Made by a program: the position numbers and the translations under genes
Notes under the pieces: model-generated
Told to the model about the DNA's origin: nothing
Database searches by the model: none
Seen by the model: only the letters and a program-made list of their open reading frames with translations
NCBI GenBank assembly: GCA_001687465.1
Contig: LVLI01000370.1
Coordinates: 1 to 55,390, forward strand
Direction of reading: 5' to 3'
Length of the DNA: 55,390 nucleotides
DNA from: Halocafeteria seosinensis
Taxonomy: Eukaryota
Part shown: positions 26,314-38,809 of the stretch, piece by piece
Position numbering within the stretch: position 1 is the first letter of the stretch
Layout: every line of letters begins with the position of its first letter

Positions 26314-27088
26314 ATGGACGCTCCCTTAGTCCCTCGATTCAAGAAGTATTTTTCCGTGGCAATGACGCTATCATCGCTGACACTAATATGCTCGGGATTG
26401 GTCGCAGCCTTGCCGAAATGGCTAAGTGCTGATGTTCCCCAAGATGGAGAGCTCCAGGGCGGCTTCGCTGGAATATTCCATTTCTGCTTGGGAGGCAATT
26501 CGATCGCAGATGCGAACTGCAATGTAGCAAAATGGTCGATGGACGATGACAATAAGGCAACGAAGGAGCAGGATCGCTTGTTTGTGGAATATACAGCTGT
26601 GAGGGTACTAACGTTGGCAGCGGCATTGTGCTACTGCGTTGGTTTGTGCCGTTCGATGCGCTCCCCAACACGTGCAACATACAACGTAGAATACGTGCTC
26701 GGAAGTAAGTTTGCGACGTTTGCCTAATGAATCTTTATTGATTTACGAATGAAGCTGTTTTCTAAAGAGAGTTGCAGGTAGTTTGTTGATTACTGCAGGT
26801 GGGTTAGCCGTGGATCTGAAGTCTCATCCACATAACCTCTTGAGAATATTCAATTTTCTGGGCGCTATTGATTACGATGAAGATGACCAGATAGTAAACT
26901 ACGGGACGCAAGTAGAACCGACGCTCGAATTTGACGTCAGCTTCTTCCTTTGCTGGGTTGCTGTTTTTCTCAGCGGTCTGAGCGTATTTGTTCTCAGGAA
27001 AGCCTGGAAGCATTATAGGTCTGACGTTTACGAGTTCTACCAGGCCCACGCTTCAAACATTGACACAGAAGGCATAAGTGACGTGTAA
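26314..27088 (+). CDS. Claudin/PMP22-like four-TM membrane protein, paralog C (2 exons)
   Basis: LPKWLSADVPQDGE...GIFHFC...C..AKW, LFVEYTAVRV and HPHNLLRIFNFLGAIDYDEDDQ closely match paralog A. A single intron at 26705-26777. Confidence 0.75.
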
Positions 27089-28359
27089 TGGGAAGACATA
27101 TTGACCCACCACTAAGATTCCATGGTTTACCGAAGCTCTCCCACAATGATCCCCAGCTGGTCAGAAGGTCCGCTTCCGAGATTTCACGACAGTTTGGAAT
27201 GGTAACAAGCAACGCTGTAGACGCCCGTAGTTTCAATTCCATTAAACACTCTATTGTGTGTCCTCGCATCCTTCAAACATATCCATTCAAATTTCATTGT
27301 TCGCGTGAGAGTATCATGGTATGGGTTTAATGCAGTGCAGCACAATCCTCCAAAGTTGAAGATCCTTTGTCGCAGGGTCCATTTTGAAATCCGCCGTCTC
27401 GTTCGTCCTATGTGTACTTTACTGAAACCGATTCCACCTGAATTGGTCGCCGGGTAAAGAAGAAGGTCTATTCAGTGATACGCGCGTGTGTGTTTCTTGC
27501 GCAAAAAGAGACAGGTGGCAACGTAAGTGAAGAGCTTAGTCTGCGGCACTCCACCACTCGGAGGTGTTCTTTTCTAAGTCCCGGAGCACGCTATATTCCA
27601 CTCGATTCGTCTCTTTGCTGTCGCCTGTGTCCCCCCTCAAACACACCGGGGACAGAATCGCTGCTCCGTTGGATGCAGTGTCGAGAGCCTCGCATCGCAT
27701 CTAGAGGTGCTTACAAGACAGCGTGGAACATTGAGGCCTTTTTTGTGGTTCCTGGAGGGGGATCCACAGGGGAAGACGCGTATCTTTGCGAGGCTTGGTT
27801 TTCTTTGTACGACGCCCCTAGTGTTGCTTTACGGCCTCCTTGGAGATATGCTGGAACTGTGGGAGCTGTGGTGCTGCATGTTGGTGGCAGAGTAGGGCCT
27901 TATAGCCTCGTATAAGGGTCGAAGTGGAGGCGGTTGAATCCGGCCAAAAAGGGCGCCATCCGGGCGTTCGGCCCGGCGGACTCCGAGGTCCATTCTGCTG
28001 TTTTTTATACCTTTATATGGTATATATATTGACGAGGGTGTTTCTTATCTTCCGTTCGATACCAAGGCTGAGCTCATTTGATTATGCAGAAGGAATTGAA
28101 TGTAGGAGGGATTCTGACCTGACCCGGTCTTGAGTGGGATGAGTTCGCAGTGAACAAAGAAGCGCTTGTCTAGTCCATACACAGAAAGTAAACTAAGCAC
28201 ACTATCTCAATACACGTTGTGGTGATATCCCATCGGACGAGGAAGAGGCGCGATAAGCAGCGTGTTTTGGTGTAGAATTGATCAGTCCAAGAGAATAAGC
28301 GGATAATTAGAGTCGCGGGTCGCGAGAAGCCCCAAGAATTAATACCATTGCAACCAACT

Positions 28360-29942
28360 ATGCCTGATTCAGGATTTCCACGCAATTTGTTCACGGGATT
28401 GCTACGGAGCAACCGGAATAAACCCGGAACGACTACGCAGAAGCGCGAGGAGTCCTTGAAGCATAGTATTGCTATCATCCCGGACAGGTTTTACTGGAAG
28501 CCCATTCAAACGGAACCTGGCTATGGGCAACGATGTACTGTGCCAGATGATACGAAAACTGCCCATTACTTTTGTATCGATGATAAACTGACTTATTGGA
28601 ACTTTTTCTTAGATTTTGGTCCGCTCAATTTGGGCCATCTCTACCGATTTGCCGAATTGGTGAACTCCAAACTAGAAAACCCTAAACTAAGTTCGAAGAA
28701 AATCGTCCTGGTATGTGGCTCCCATCCACATCGTCGGGCGAATTCTGCGTGTTTGGCCGGAGCGTATGCTGTCCTTTACTTAGGGAAGTCTCCTCAGGAG
28801 GCATGGGACCTTTTCAGCGACGTGTATCCACCCTTTCCTCCGTTCCATGATGCCTCCCCCTGTGTGTGCACCTACAAATTGACGATACTGGATGTTTTAG
28901 AAGGCATCGCTAAGGCAAGGTTACATAAGTTTTTTGATTTCCGCTCATTCGATGTAGATGAGTATGAATACTTTGAGAAGCCCGAGTGCGGAGATCTTAA
29001 CTGGATCGTTAAAGACAGATTTTTGGCGTTTGCGGGTCCGAACGACCACACACTGGACTACTGTTCACTGTCTCCGAGGGTATGTACTTTTCAACTGGTC
29101 GTGATTATCCTTCCGCATTCACAAATTGGGATCTTATTCCGCAGGATTACATTCCTCATTTCAAGCGTTGGGGTGTGAAATTAGTCATCCGACTGAATAA
29201 GAAGTACTATGATGAGAAGAAATTCATACGCGCCGGCTTTGATCACCTTGATTTATATTACTTGGACGGAAGTAATCCACCTGCCCATATTTTGCAGCGC
29301 TTCATCGAGGCATGCGAGCAAGCCGACGGAGCAGTTGCCGTCCATTGCAAAGCAGGATTAGGGAGGACAGGTACATGCATTGGGGCTTTTCTAATGAAGC
29401 ATTACAAGCTAACGGCCGCGCAGGCTATAGGATGGATGCGAGTGTGTAGACCGGGTTCAGTTATTGGTCCACAACAACACTTCCTGGAGGAAATTCAGTC
29501 GCAAATGTGGAAAGAAGGTGACGAATACAGAAGACGACGCGGATTACCGGACGTGGCAGAGCTGAGCGAAGCATATTCCAGACTGAGCTTAGGCAAAACG
29601 GAAGATAGCGGGGAGATGCCCGGGAATAGCGTTCCGCGTCAGCCTTCTATAGGTACGCCTTTGTGTTCGGATCCCGAACCGAACGGCCATGCAAAAGACC
29701 ACTCTAACAGTGGCTCGGCAGTGTCGACAACGCGTTCTACCCACTACCGGTCTGTCACTGCAACTTACACATACGGAAGCCCAGCGGCTGAGGGTGAATT
29801 AACTCCCGGATCCGATACCTCACAGGGAGACATACTACGAGGAGCAAAGTCAAGGTCTCCTACAAGCAAATCGCGTTTGGGCTCAGCTTTTGGTAGCGAT
29901 ACTACATCTCCCCTAAGACGTACTGGCCGTGCAGCTCATTAG
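28360..29942 (+). CDS. CDC14: Dual-specificity phosphatase CDC14
   Basis: YWNFFLDFGPLNLG, RANSACL, GDLNWIV, catalytic VHCKAGLGRTG, and RPGSVIGPQQ. One intron at 29080-29144. Confidence 0.95.
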
Positions 29943-30656
29943 TTTCCTAGTCCGAAAAAGGAAATGCAGCAGTTTACTACTTTGCTGGCTGGTGCGTTCT
30001 TGGAATTCGATACAATTGAATTTAGAAAAAACAAAACGAATAAATAATAACACCCTCGAATAAATGTAGCGTATCATATTCCAAGACAATAGGCGGACTC
30101 CTGTGTCCCTTTCTGGCCAGTCTTGCGGAAGGAGCTCGCCCACCAATTAATCCGCTATCAGGGTACTTAAAGAGCAGGCTCAATTAGTAAGGTACCCCAA
30201 CACTGGAAGCAAGGCGGGGGAACTTCGTATACTTGCACAACGAACCTGCAAGACCACATTGCAGAGCTCTCCTGCTGCGAATGGGACACAAAGAGAGAAA
30301 GAGAGAGAGAGCCAAAAGTGTGCATGTCATGTAGCGCTGCAAGCTTGCACCAGTCAAACTGAACCAACCTCACTTCAATGAGGCTCAGTGCGGCAGTCTG
30401 CGGACGCAACCGGGGATTTTAGCCGTATTTCTGGCCCACAGTGCACTGTGTGCAATTCCAAGAGTATTGTTCCCGCTGCATACTGGTAGATACTTGTCCG
30501 TAAGGAGAAGGGTGCATAGAATCGCGCCCTGTGTGGTGTAGAATTGTGGTATAAACGTGCTCTGGGCGGCAAAATTAGCCAACCGCAGGTGTCTTGTCTC
30601 TCTTCCGAGCTCTGTACCAGCTCTATAGCGTTTGTTGTTTGACATCTAGCAGAGAA

Positions 30657-32728
30657 ATGGTTTCCTTGCAGTTTAAACTGGGCACCGTCGCAGTCTTACT
30701 GCTATGCATCGTGTATGTGGGACAGGCGACCCCCGACAACTTCTTCAACACCTTGGCCAATTCCCAGGAATCGGTGGGATCCATGCTCAGGAAGCATGGG
30801 CCCCGAAAGTCGTCCCCAGGTTCCTTCCAGATGCCTCTCGATCAGAATGACCCTTCGCTGGTGAAAACCAACCTGGGATCCATCAAAGGTGAAGTGCTTT
30901 CCAAAGGCCGAAAATTCATGTCGATCCCGTATGCGCAACCCCCAACGGGAAATCTGCGTTGGGAAAGCCCCAGAATGGTTAATCCATGGGAGCCTAAAGT
31001 GATACAAGCTACCCATGGTAAGTTGGACATGATTCTCGTCAGTTGTCACTGAAATTGACGGACATGGTACTGCAGAACCTCCGGGATGTTACCAGAAATG
31101 CGGGCTGCCTCCGCATGCGTGCCCAAAGACCATAACAGGTTCGTTTCATCAAAGGGTTCTCTAGTTATGTTTGAAATGGAATACTCTTCTTTTTTTGTGT
31201 GATCATATGATGTCTTTGCAGAGGATTGCCTGTACCTGAATGTCTTTACCCCACCCCTCGAACAGATCGACGAACCCTTGCCAGTGCTAATGTAAGCAAC
31301 AGTAGTGCCGAAACATGTTCATTGAGCCGTGTTGCAGTCCATTCATTTGAGCGTACTGCAGCTTTATCCATGGTGGAAATTTTCGTCAAGGATATAGTGG
31401 AGGCCCTCTCTACGATGGAACTGATCTATCCAATAGCTCCAAGATCATTGTACGTCGCATCGACAATACGACCCGTTTTTTCGAACCTGTATATGGCGCT
31501 TCTCTTGCAGGTTGTCACTGTTAATTATAGATTGGACGCGTTTGGTTTTCTCTACACGGGAAGTGGGGATAATACGAGCATTGACGGCAACTTTGGTATT
31601 CAGGACCAACGAATGGCAATGCAGTTTGTCAAGCAAAATATTGATGCTTTTGGTGGTGATCCTTCTCATGTCACCATAATGGGTCAGTCGGCAGGTGCTC
31701 AATCTGTTGCTACACACTTAATCGCAAAGGATAGTGAACCATACTTTGATGCGGCTATCATGCTGTCGGAACCCATGGGACTCCCACTGCGAGGAAAGCA
31801 AGCTGCAAACAGCTGGGCTCGTTTAATTTCTTCTGAGATTAACTGCGGAGGAAAGTCTGCTCCGATTAAGGATATTGAAACCTGCATGAGGTCTAAGGAT
31901 TCTAAAGAGATTCTCAATGCTTCCGTCACTGCTCATGGTGACATCTTTGCTCAGTTGGACGACCTGCTCTATGTTTTTAACCCGTGGGGTCCGGTGGCTG
32001 GAACCAGTGACTGCCCTGAACAACCATTGTACGCTTTTGGCAATTTGTCATCACACGTACAAAGGAAGCCGATCATAACGGGGACTGTGGCCAATGAAGG
32101 ATGGATGTTTATATATGAAGCGTTTGATTTCGAAATACCGTCTCTCCTATTTGACTTTTTGGTCCCTATTGTTTTCGGTTCGGACGCTGGAGCAAAAATC
32201 AAGCAGAAATACCCTGTGCCTGCAAATTTGAAGAACGACACGCGACCTCTGTTGTCTCAAATTGCGACGGATGGATTCTTTCACTGTCCCGTTAGACATG
32301 CAATGCAGGCTTTGTCCAACGCGAGTTCCCAAAATGTCTGGATGTATCATTTTGATCACGTAGCCAGCTTTTCGAAACAAGAATGGGGACCAAATTTTAA
32401 GATGTGCTGGGACAAAGTTTGTCATGCGGCTGATTTGGTTTTCTGGTTTCGGCCCGACCCGGACAATTTCGGATTCAACTTTACGTCTACGGAATACGTA
32501 TTGGCAGAGTCGATGCAGGATTATCTTGGTCATTTTGCAAAGTCTCACGATCCTGGCAATAGCCCAACAGAGCCCTTGCAGTGGCCACAATACAACTCTA
32601 AGACGAAGAACGGGCAAGGGATGGTTCTCTTCCAAACTCCGTCAAACAAGGTCGAAGTTGCGCCGTTTGGGTCGCTTTGCGACTACTGGGATAATGAAAT
32701 CACGTATGCTTTCGCAGCGAGCAATTAA
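30657..32728 (+). CDS. Secreted type-B carboxylesterase (cholinesterase-like fold)
   Basis: Signal peptide, IPYAQPPTGNLRW, EDCLYLNVF, FIHGG, NYRL, nucleophile elbow GQSAG, NEG and CHAADL. Four introns. Confidence 0.9.
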
Positions 32729-32872
32729 ATCGCGGGTTTATTGCTAAATAGAATCGAAACATAGATATCTTTTGCGGGTTTCTATTGCCATTACTAGTGG
32801 TAGTTGCACCGGACATCCGCACAATATATATATATATATACAGAACGGCTTATCATTTGGAAGTGTATGTAT

Positions 32873-34847
32873 TTAATACTGTGGGCGCCCTTGTCTTCCT
32901 CCACGTCCACCACCTCGGCCTCCACGTCCACCCCCTCTCGATTGACCCCGGTTATCATCCTTACTCTCCTTAAGTGGCTCGTGAATTGCTGTTTCGATAG
33001 AATCTGCCAATAGCCTCGTTCTTATAGACAAATCTTTCGTCTTTCCAATCACTTGTTGATATATAGACGGATAATTGACAGACATTATCACTTGCCTCGC
33101 TGCTCGGTCGATCCGTGCGTCAAAGTGGGCATTACGGATCATATTCACCACCCATTTCTCCGCATCGTTTTCATGCATGGATAGTTTGTTTGCCAGCATA
33201 CCGATATCAATCTTCTGGTGAATTCTGCAATATGTTTCGAAGATGAACAACCTAGCGTTTTCAACGAACGTGTCCACGACTTCTTGTTCCTCAGCAAAAT
33301 TGGAAAGGAAGTAATCGCTCCTGATAACACTCTCACATTGACGCCTGAAGAATGACCAAATACAGAAAAAACGATGTGAAATATCACCATATAGAATACA
33401 ACGGTAACTCAAACATGAAAACTTACAATTTTTCTTGAGCAGCCTCAAAATTAAAATTCACCAGAAGTTCTTCTACAAATTCAATAATCGGGTCCCGGTA
33501 GGTGTACTTTTCTTGGGAAATGACGTTCAACAAAGTCTTGATGTCGTCTTTCCGACGTTGCCGTGTAATGATCACATACGCAAGATACCTGAGCAGCCAG
33601 GGGCAGTTCGTCTGGATCGCATTGAGGTTATTGAGATGGTTGCGGTTGTCGTGTCGAAGGAAGAACTCGACCAAGGTGTCTTTCCCTTTGGGATGATTAA
33701 AGAAAATATATAAACTCCAGTGCAAAAGCCAGGAACGCTGTTGCAAAACCATCAACTTGTGTGTGCTTTTGGCTCTTCCTGTTTCCAGCTCGGTTGTATC
33801 ATCAGTGCTTAATCTTGAGATTGCATTATATAGATTTTCTCGGTCTCTGTCGGCCTCTTCCCAGTGCTCGCTCAGGATCTCTGAGGCAAACTTCCCCCAC
33901 AAAGCCCGAAGACTACGTTCACTATCGGCAGGTACTAACTGTCTGTAGTAAAACAGGTAACTAGCAGCACTATCGTAATCACCACATTCGTATTTGAATT
34001 TGGCACAGCGGTATAGAGCTTCGATATGTTCATCCGTAACCTGAGGACCACAGAGACAAGTTGACATCCATCATAAAGGAGGAGTTGCAAGAACAATTTG
34101 AAAGTACGTACACCATGTTGGGCCTTGAGATATTCAGCATTGAATTGTTCACCGTTGATTTCCTCGGGAGGTTCCTCATCGCCATTGTCGATGAATCTCA
34201 ATATAGGCATGGCAGCTTCCACATGTCGTGTGTACTCGTCCAGTACTTGTACGCGTCTATCCTCGAGTGCTGAACGGAGGAAAACCCCACTGAATGATGT
34301 CATGTTATTGCATGCAGTCTTCCATGGCACGACCTACCTTGGGGGATTTTGGTGTTTTCTCCATGAATGTCTTTATATAAAGCGATGGCGTAGTCCATCA
34401 TGTTGGTCTTCTTGACCAGTTCCAGCCGGGCAACAGCGATATCATTTTGGTCATACATCTGGATCATGGGAAAACCCTTGATAAAAGACAGCACACTTTG
34501 AATTCCATCCATTTCACTCTGAACTTACATCGCTTTCTTCCAGGAAGAAGAACATTGGGAACACCAGGTGGATGTCCAGGAACGGCGCGATCTTGGTCGT
34601 CAGATCATAGTCTGCACAGCGCGGATATTATCGTGAATGCATCGAGGTAAGGAAGTGAATGAAATATCTGTGACCCCCCGATTCCTAATATCTGGCCACA
34701 GGGGACGGCGTAGAGGACCCAGCCGCCCCCATGTCTTTTGTCGTTTTCCTCCCCTTGGGCCCCCCTTAGCAAAATACTGACATTCACACACATACCTGGT
34801 GATCTGACCACCGCGTCTCCGGCGTTCTCATTCGAGTTGGTACTCAT
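32873..34847 (-). CDS. EIF3E: Eukaryotic translation initiation factor 3 subunit E
   Basis: [48 protein letters not shown], and a PCI domain ([15 protein letters not shown]). RGG-rich tail; five introns. Confidence 0.95.
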
Positions 34848-35118
34848 TTTGCGTGTTTATGAACCTCAAGTAACAGTGAAACAAGCTCTACATCGAACCA
34901 AAGAGGCGTCTCAACAGGCTTAAAGTTCTGCAGACGATTGAAAGGAATGATTGTACTCTATATGGGCAGTGTCAGAAAAGATTGTTTCGTTGAAAAGAGC
35001 TTGCCATGTTGGCTTCAGCCACTGTTACGGCGATTGTAGAAGGATTTAGGAGTTTTTCCCGTGATATTCTAGCCTAGTCTTAGAATATATGATACTTGAA
35101 AGATATCCCGAGAGGAAT

Positions 35119-37219
35119 ATGTGGAGGAATACAGTGCGACACTCTATTGGGACCTGTTTAAGCCGGCAAATACTGGCAGCATCCGATTGGAATGCATGTG
35201 TCACGGTCTCTACTGCTGTCCAAAGCCATGCTCGGTCAATTTGTAGTGGTACGACAAATGGAATCAAGTGGTCCGATGCACGCCGCACGAACTCGGTTCA
35301 GATGATAGGGAATGGCATGGAAGCTCATGTGACTGTACTTGGCACCACCGCTGGAATTCCAACACCGTTTCGAGGAAGTTCGGCGTATGTGGTTCAGTTT
35401 CAAGGCAGGAAGTGGCTCGTAGATGCCGGAGAAGGGACTTTTCTGCGATTAAGTCAAATGGAATCGCTCAGCGTGGCCGACCTCGAAGGAATCTTCATCA
35501 CCCACTTGCATGGAGACCACGTATTTGGGCTTCACAGCCTACTGGCCACGTATTTCACAATTACCAAAGCGCCCTTCGCGGAGCAATGGAACAATTTGAT
35601 GGAGGAAACACACCAGCAAGGAAGACGAGCGCGATCTAAACGGAAGCCTCTCAAGGTCTACGGGCCGAAAGGGATAAGCAATTTCATCTTCAATGGGTTC
35701 CCGTACTATACGAATCGGCAGAAGACGCGTTTTCCCTTGGTTGTAGTGGAACTACTTGCTCCTGACGAAGAACCTCCAAAGGTATGTGAATCTAGGAAAG
35801 AAGGTCATTTGTTTGGAATTGGATTCGTCCAGGTGCTCTTGCGGCCTTCAGATGAGTCCATTTGACCGGCAGGTAGTTTACCGCTATCCGGACGACGCTG
35901 ACGGCGTATCCCACCATATAGACCTGGATGAGGGCTATCGTGCCGTCGCAAGCCCTTGTCAACACACTGTCACCTGTTATGGCTACGTTTTCACGGAACC
36001 AAATCAACCAGGTAACATCGATAAGGAAAAAGTAAGAGCTGTTGGATCAGGGCTCCGGGTGTGTCATGTTTGGTTTACCCCGTTTGCATATGATGCCAGT
36101 GTCTTGAATACGGCCTGCAACCAGGTCCCAAATACCGAAGACTTAAGGAAGGGCAGTCTGTACTCTTACCTGATGGTTCGGAATTGAAGCCAGAGCTTGT
36201 AGTCGGGCCACAGAAGAAAGGGAGAAAAGTTGTGGTAATGGGAGATTCCTGGCAATCAGTATTGGCTCCTATAGCGGAGCACGCTAGGAACGCACAGGTT
36301 AGTATCACTAGTACATAACCATAAGCCACTAGGCACGTACTAGAATGTTGTGCTTCTTTGTTTCCAGCTTTTGGTGCATGAATCAACGTGTGCCAATGAC
36401 ACTGAAGGTGATCTTGCCCAGGCCAACACTACAAAGCACAGTACGCCGTACATGGTTGGAGAGTTTTTCCGGAAAACCAATGCTCAATGCCTGATACTGA
36501 CCCACTTTGGAGGGTCTGAAGCTCATGGTGCACAGCCAGGAAGGTTGGAGAGTTTGGGTTATGCAGAGGCATATATTGCCTGGTTAACGCTGACTACGTC
36601 CAACAGCGCAGCGACGTTATCCAAGAACTCAATCGTGAAGTGGCTCCGACGAGGAGAACAGTTGCGAAAGAAGTTTGAGTTTGATGAAGGGGATGTTTCG
36701 TCGAGTAAGCATCTACCTAAGACTGTTGCAAAGTCGTTCGACAATTTAATTGGCTACTTTGATAAATCGAAAGTATTACGTTCCGCAATTGCGTATGCGC
36801 GATACGCTCTGCTTTCAACTTTACCTGAACAAACCTACGGAGGTGACACCCCAGACGATAAAAAGATGGAATCAGATCACCTTTTGGAGCAGTCTCTCTA
36901 CCAAAGTATTTTTATCAGCAAGTCTCCACAGGTACTAGGTGCTTTGCATCCTACCGGCGGTATCTCCTTTTCTGACTGCGACAGCGTAGAGGGACGTGTG
37001 CAACAAGTATTCGAACTTTTCGACTTGTCTTATTCTGGTCATTCCAGTATTCCAACAAAGTCAGGTTCCATCATGAAATATTCGTATGCGTTTCCTGTAG
37101 TGAGTGATCGCACGATAATGGCCGAACTAACTTCCCGCGTACAAAAGAGCTCCGGTAAGAAAGAAGCTCTGTGCGCGCGGGATTTTATGCGAGTATATGT
37201 CCCTTCGCCAAGCAATTAA
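35119..37219 (+). CDS. Short-form RNase Z (ELAC1/bacterial type) with an N-terminal extension and a large C-terminal insertion
   Basis: VLGTTAGIPT, LVDAGEGT, THLHGDH, flexible arm GLQPGPKYRRLKEG, VMGDS, LVHEST, LILTHF, and terminal ARDFM. Three introns. The start could be 35089. Confidence 0.85.
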
Positions 37220-37223
37220 GCGT

Positions 37224-38809
37224 CTATTTCGGTCGAACTCCGAAAACACCTAGTCTCCTGGGGCGCTGTTGAGAGTGATGGAATATCGGAGACAAAGTCC
37301 ATTGTGGGTTGCTCAATACCCTATTTCTGGGTGTAAATGTGTTATCCTTCGATTCGACGCTATCCGCACCATCTTCATTTCTGATGTCCTCGTTTTGAGT
37401 AAAAGGGATCTCTCTTTTACGGTGTCTCTTATGCCTTATCGGAGGCAGTTCGCGTTTTTCTCTGTGGCTCTTCCAAGCCTTGCATTCTGTGAATCGAGAA
37501 GAGGTAGAGACGCTAGAGACGGTACTGCGAAGAGACGACGTTCGACTTAAAGAAGATGCTTGTGATGCAACAGAATCGTGATGACGCCTCTTTGTAGAAG
37601 GTGTCGGAGGCGTTCCCCGGAATTTGTTTCGGGTCCACGATGCCAGGCGTTTTAGACGATGCCTTTGGACGAACAGTACCAGTGCAAAAATGATGAACCC
37701 TATTATTACCGCTGGTTGCTGCATGGGAATTGAAACTTTCAACAAGCTGGCCTTGGTAGCTACAGAATGATAATGCCACGCACCTGGAGGAATCGTCTTA
37801 TTTTATCACTCTCGGAAAGCTCTTCCGCGCAAACAGATTCTTCGCACGTGGGAGGCGGTCGATGAGGTCGCTTAGCGGTGCACATATCTTCTGCAGGGGT
37901 GAGCCCCGGAATGAGCGTTGAACCTTCGGCCGCCTTCCAACCATCCTCGCACACGCATCTGCATTCCTCACTACAGACTAGAGAACCGAGGTTCCGTTGA
38001 CACTGCTCCCAGCAATCTAGGGATCCGTGTTCACCACAAGAGTCTTCCTGCCAGAGGAAACTCGAGTTGCACTATAGTAAAGAGGTATGCTCAACGTTTC
38101 CCATGGTACATACCTGTTGGTCATCGGAAGGTTGCTCCTCTTGCTCTGGCTGGGTGCACAAGCGTTCCTGCAATAGTGTCTGACGGTGCCCTTACGACGG
38201 TGGTTACAGGAGGCAGACCGATTCACGTACGTCTTCATTAAATGTTGAACCGTCGCCATATTTTTCCTGGCAGTCGACTGGTATGCAACTGAGTTCACCA
38301 CCCTTTAACTTTTCCTCTTCATCTTTGGTGCAGTCCTCGCTCAGTAGTCGATTGGCCGGCTGCGTCGGCTGGAAAACGAGCCGTAGCAATCCGTAAGACA
38401 GCTGGTTCCACTGCATTTCATGCAGTTTTGTATCGTCGAAGCGTGTATTAACCCCAGTTGGTAGAGGTATGAAAATTGTCAAAACTAGCAAGGGAAATAT
38501 TCAAGGCACTCTCCCCAATGGTTCTTGCTTTGACCACTTCAAGGTGATCTCTCGTGAGTTCTAAATAATGTGACAAGGCTTGCGTTAGCCACCAAACAAC
38601 TTGCAAAATTCCTGCCACTACTTTATTGCGTTTTCTCTGACAAATATCAATTCTGGATGACATTTACGTCGGATTCTCACGCTTCGTGCAGAACTGTGAG
38701 CGTGGTCAGCGTTGACGCCAGTCAACGCTAGGGGTGAGTCATGTAACTCCATGCTATATGTTGAAGTCTTACCAAGGAGTGCGAGAACAGTACAAGTGTT
38801 ACAATACAT
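37224..38809 (-). CDS. Putative type I membrane protein with a Cys-rich/EGF-like ectodomain
   Basis: Splicable exons give a signal-like MYCNTCTVLALLALTGVNA, then CGEHG...CRCVCEDGW, one TM helix (AVIIGFIIFALVLFV) and a basic Ser-rich tail. One upstream junction near 38450 could not be phased. Confidence 0.5.

Noticed and set aside
30290..30311. (GA)n tract here and (TA)n tract near 32823-32840
   Set aside because: Ordinary short microsatellites.
34612..34795. TPP riboswitch in the eIF3e intron
   Set aside because: It lacks the CUGAGA and CCUGA...AGGGA core motifs.
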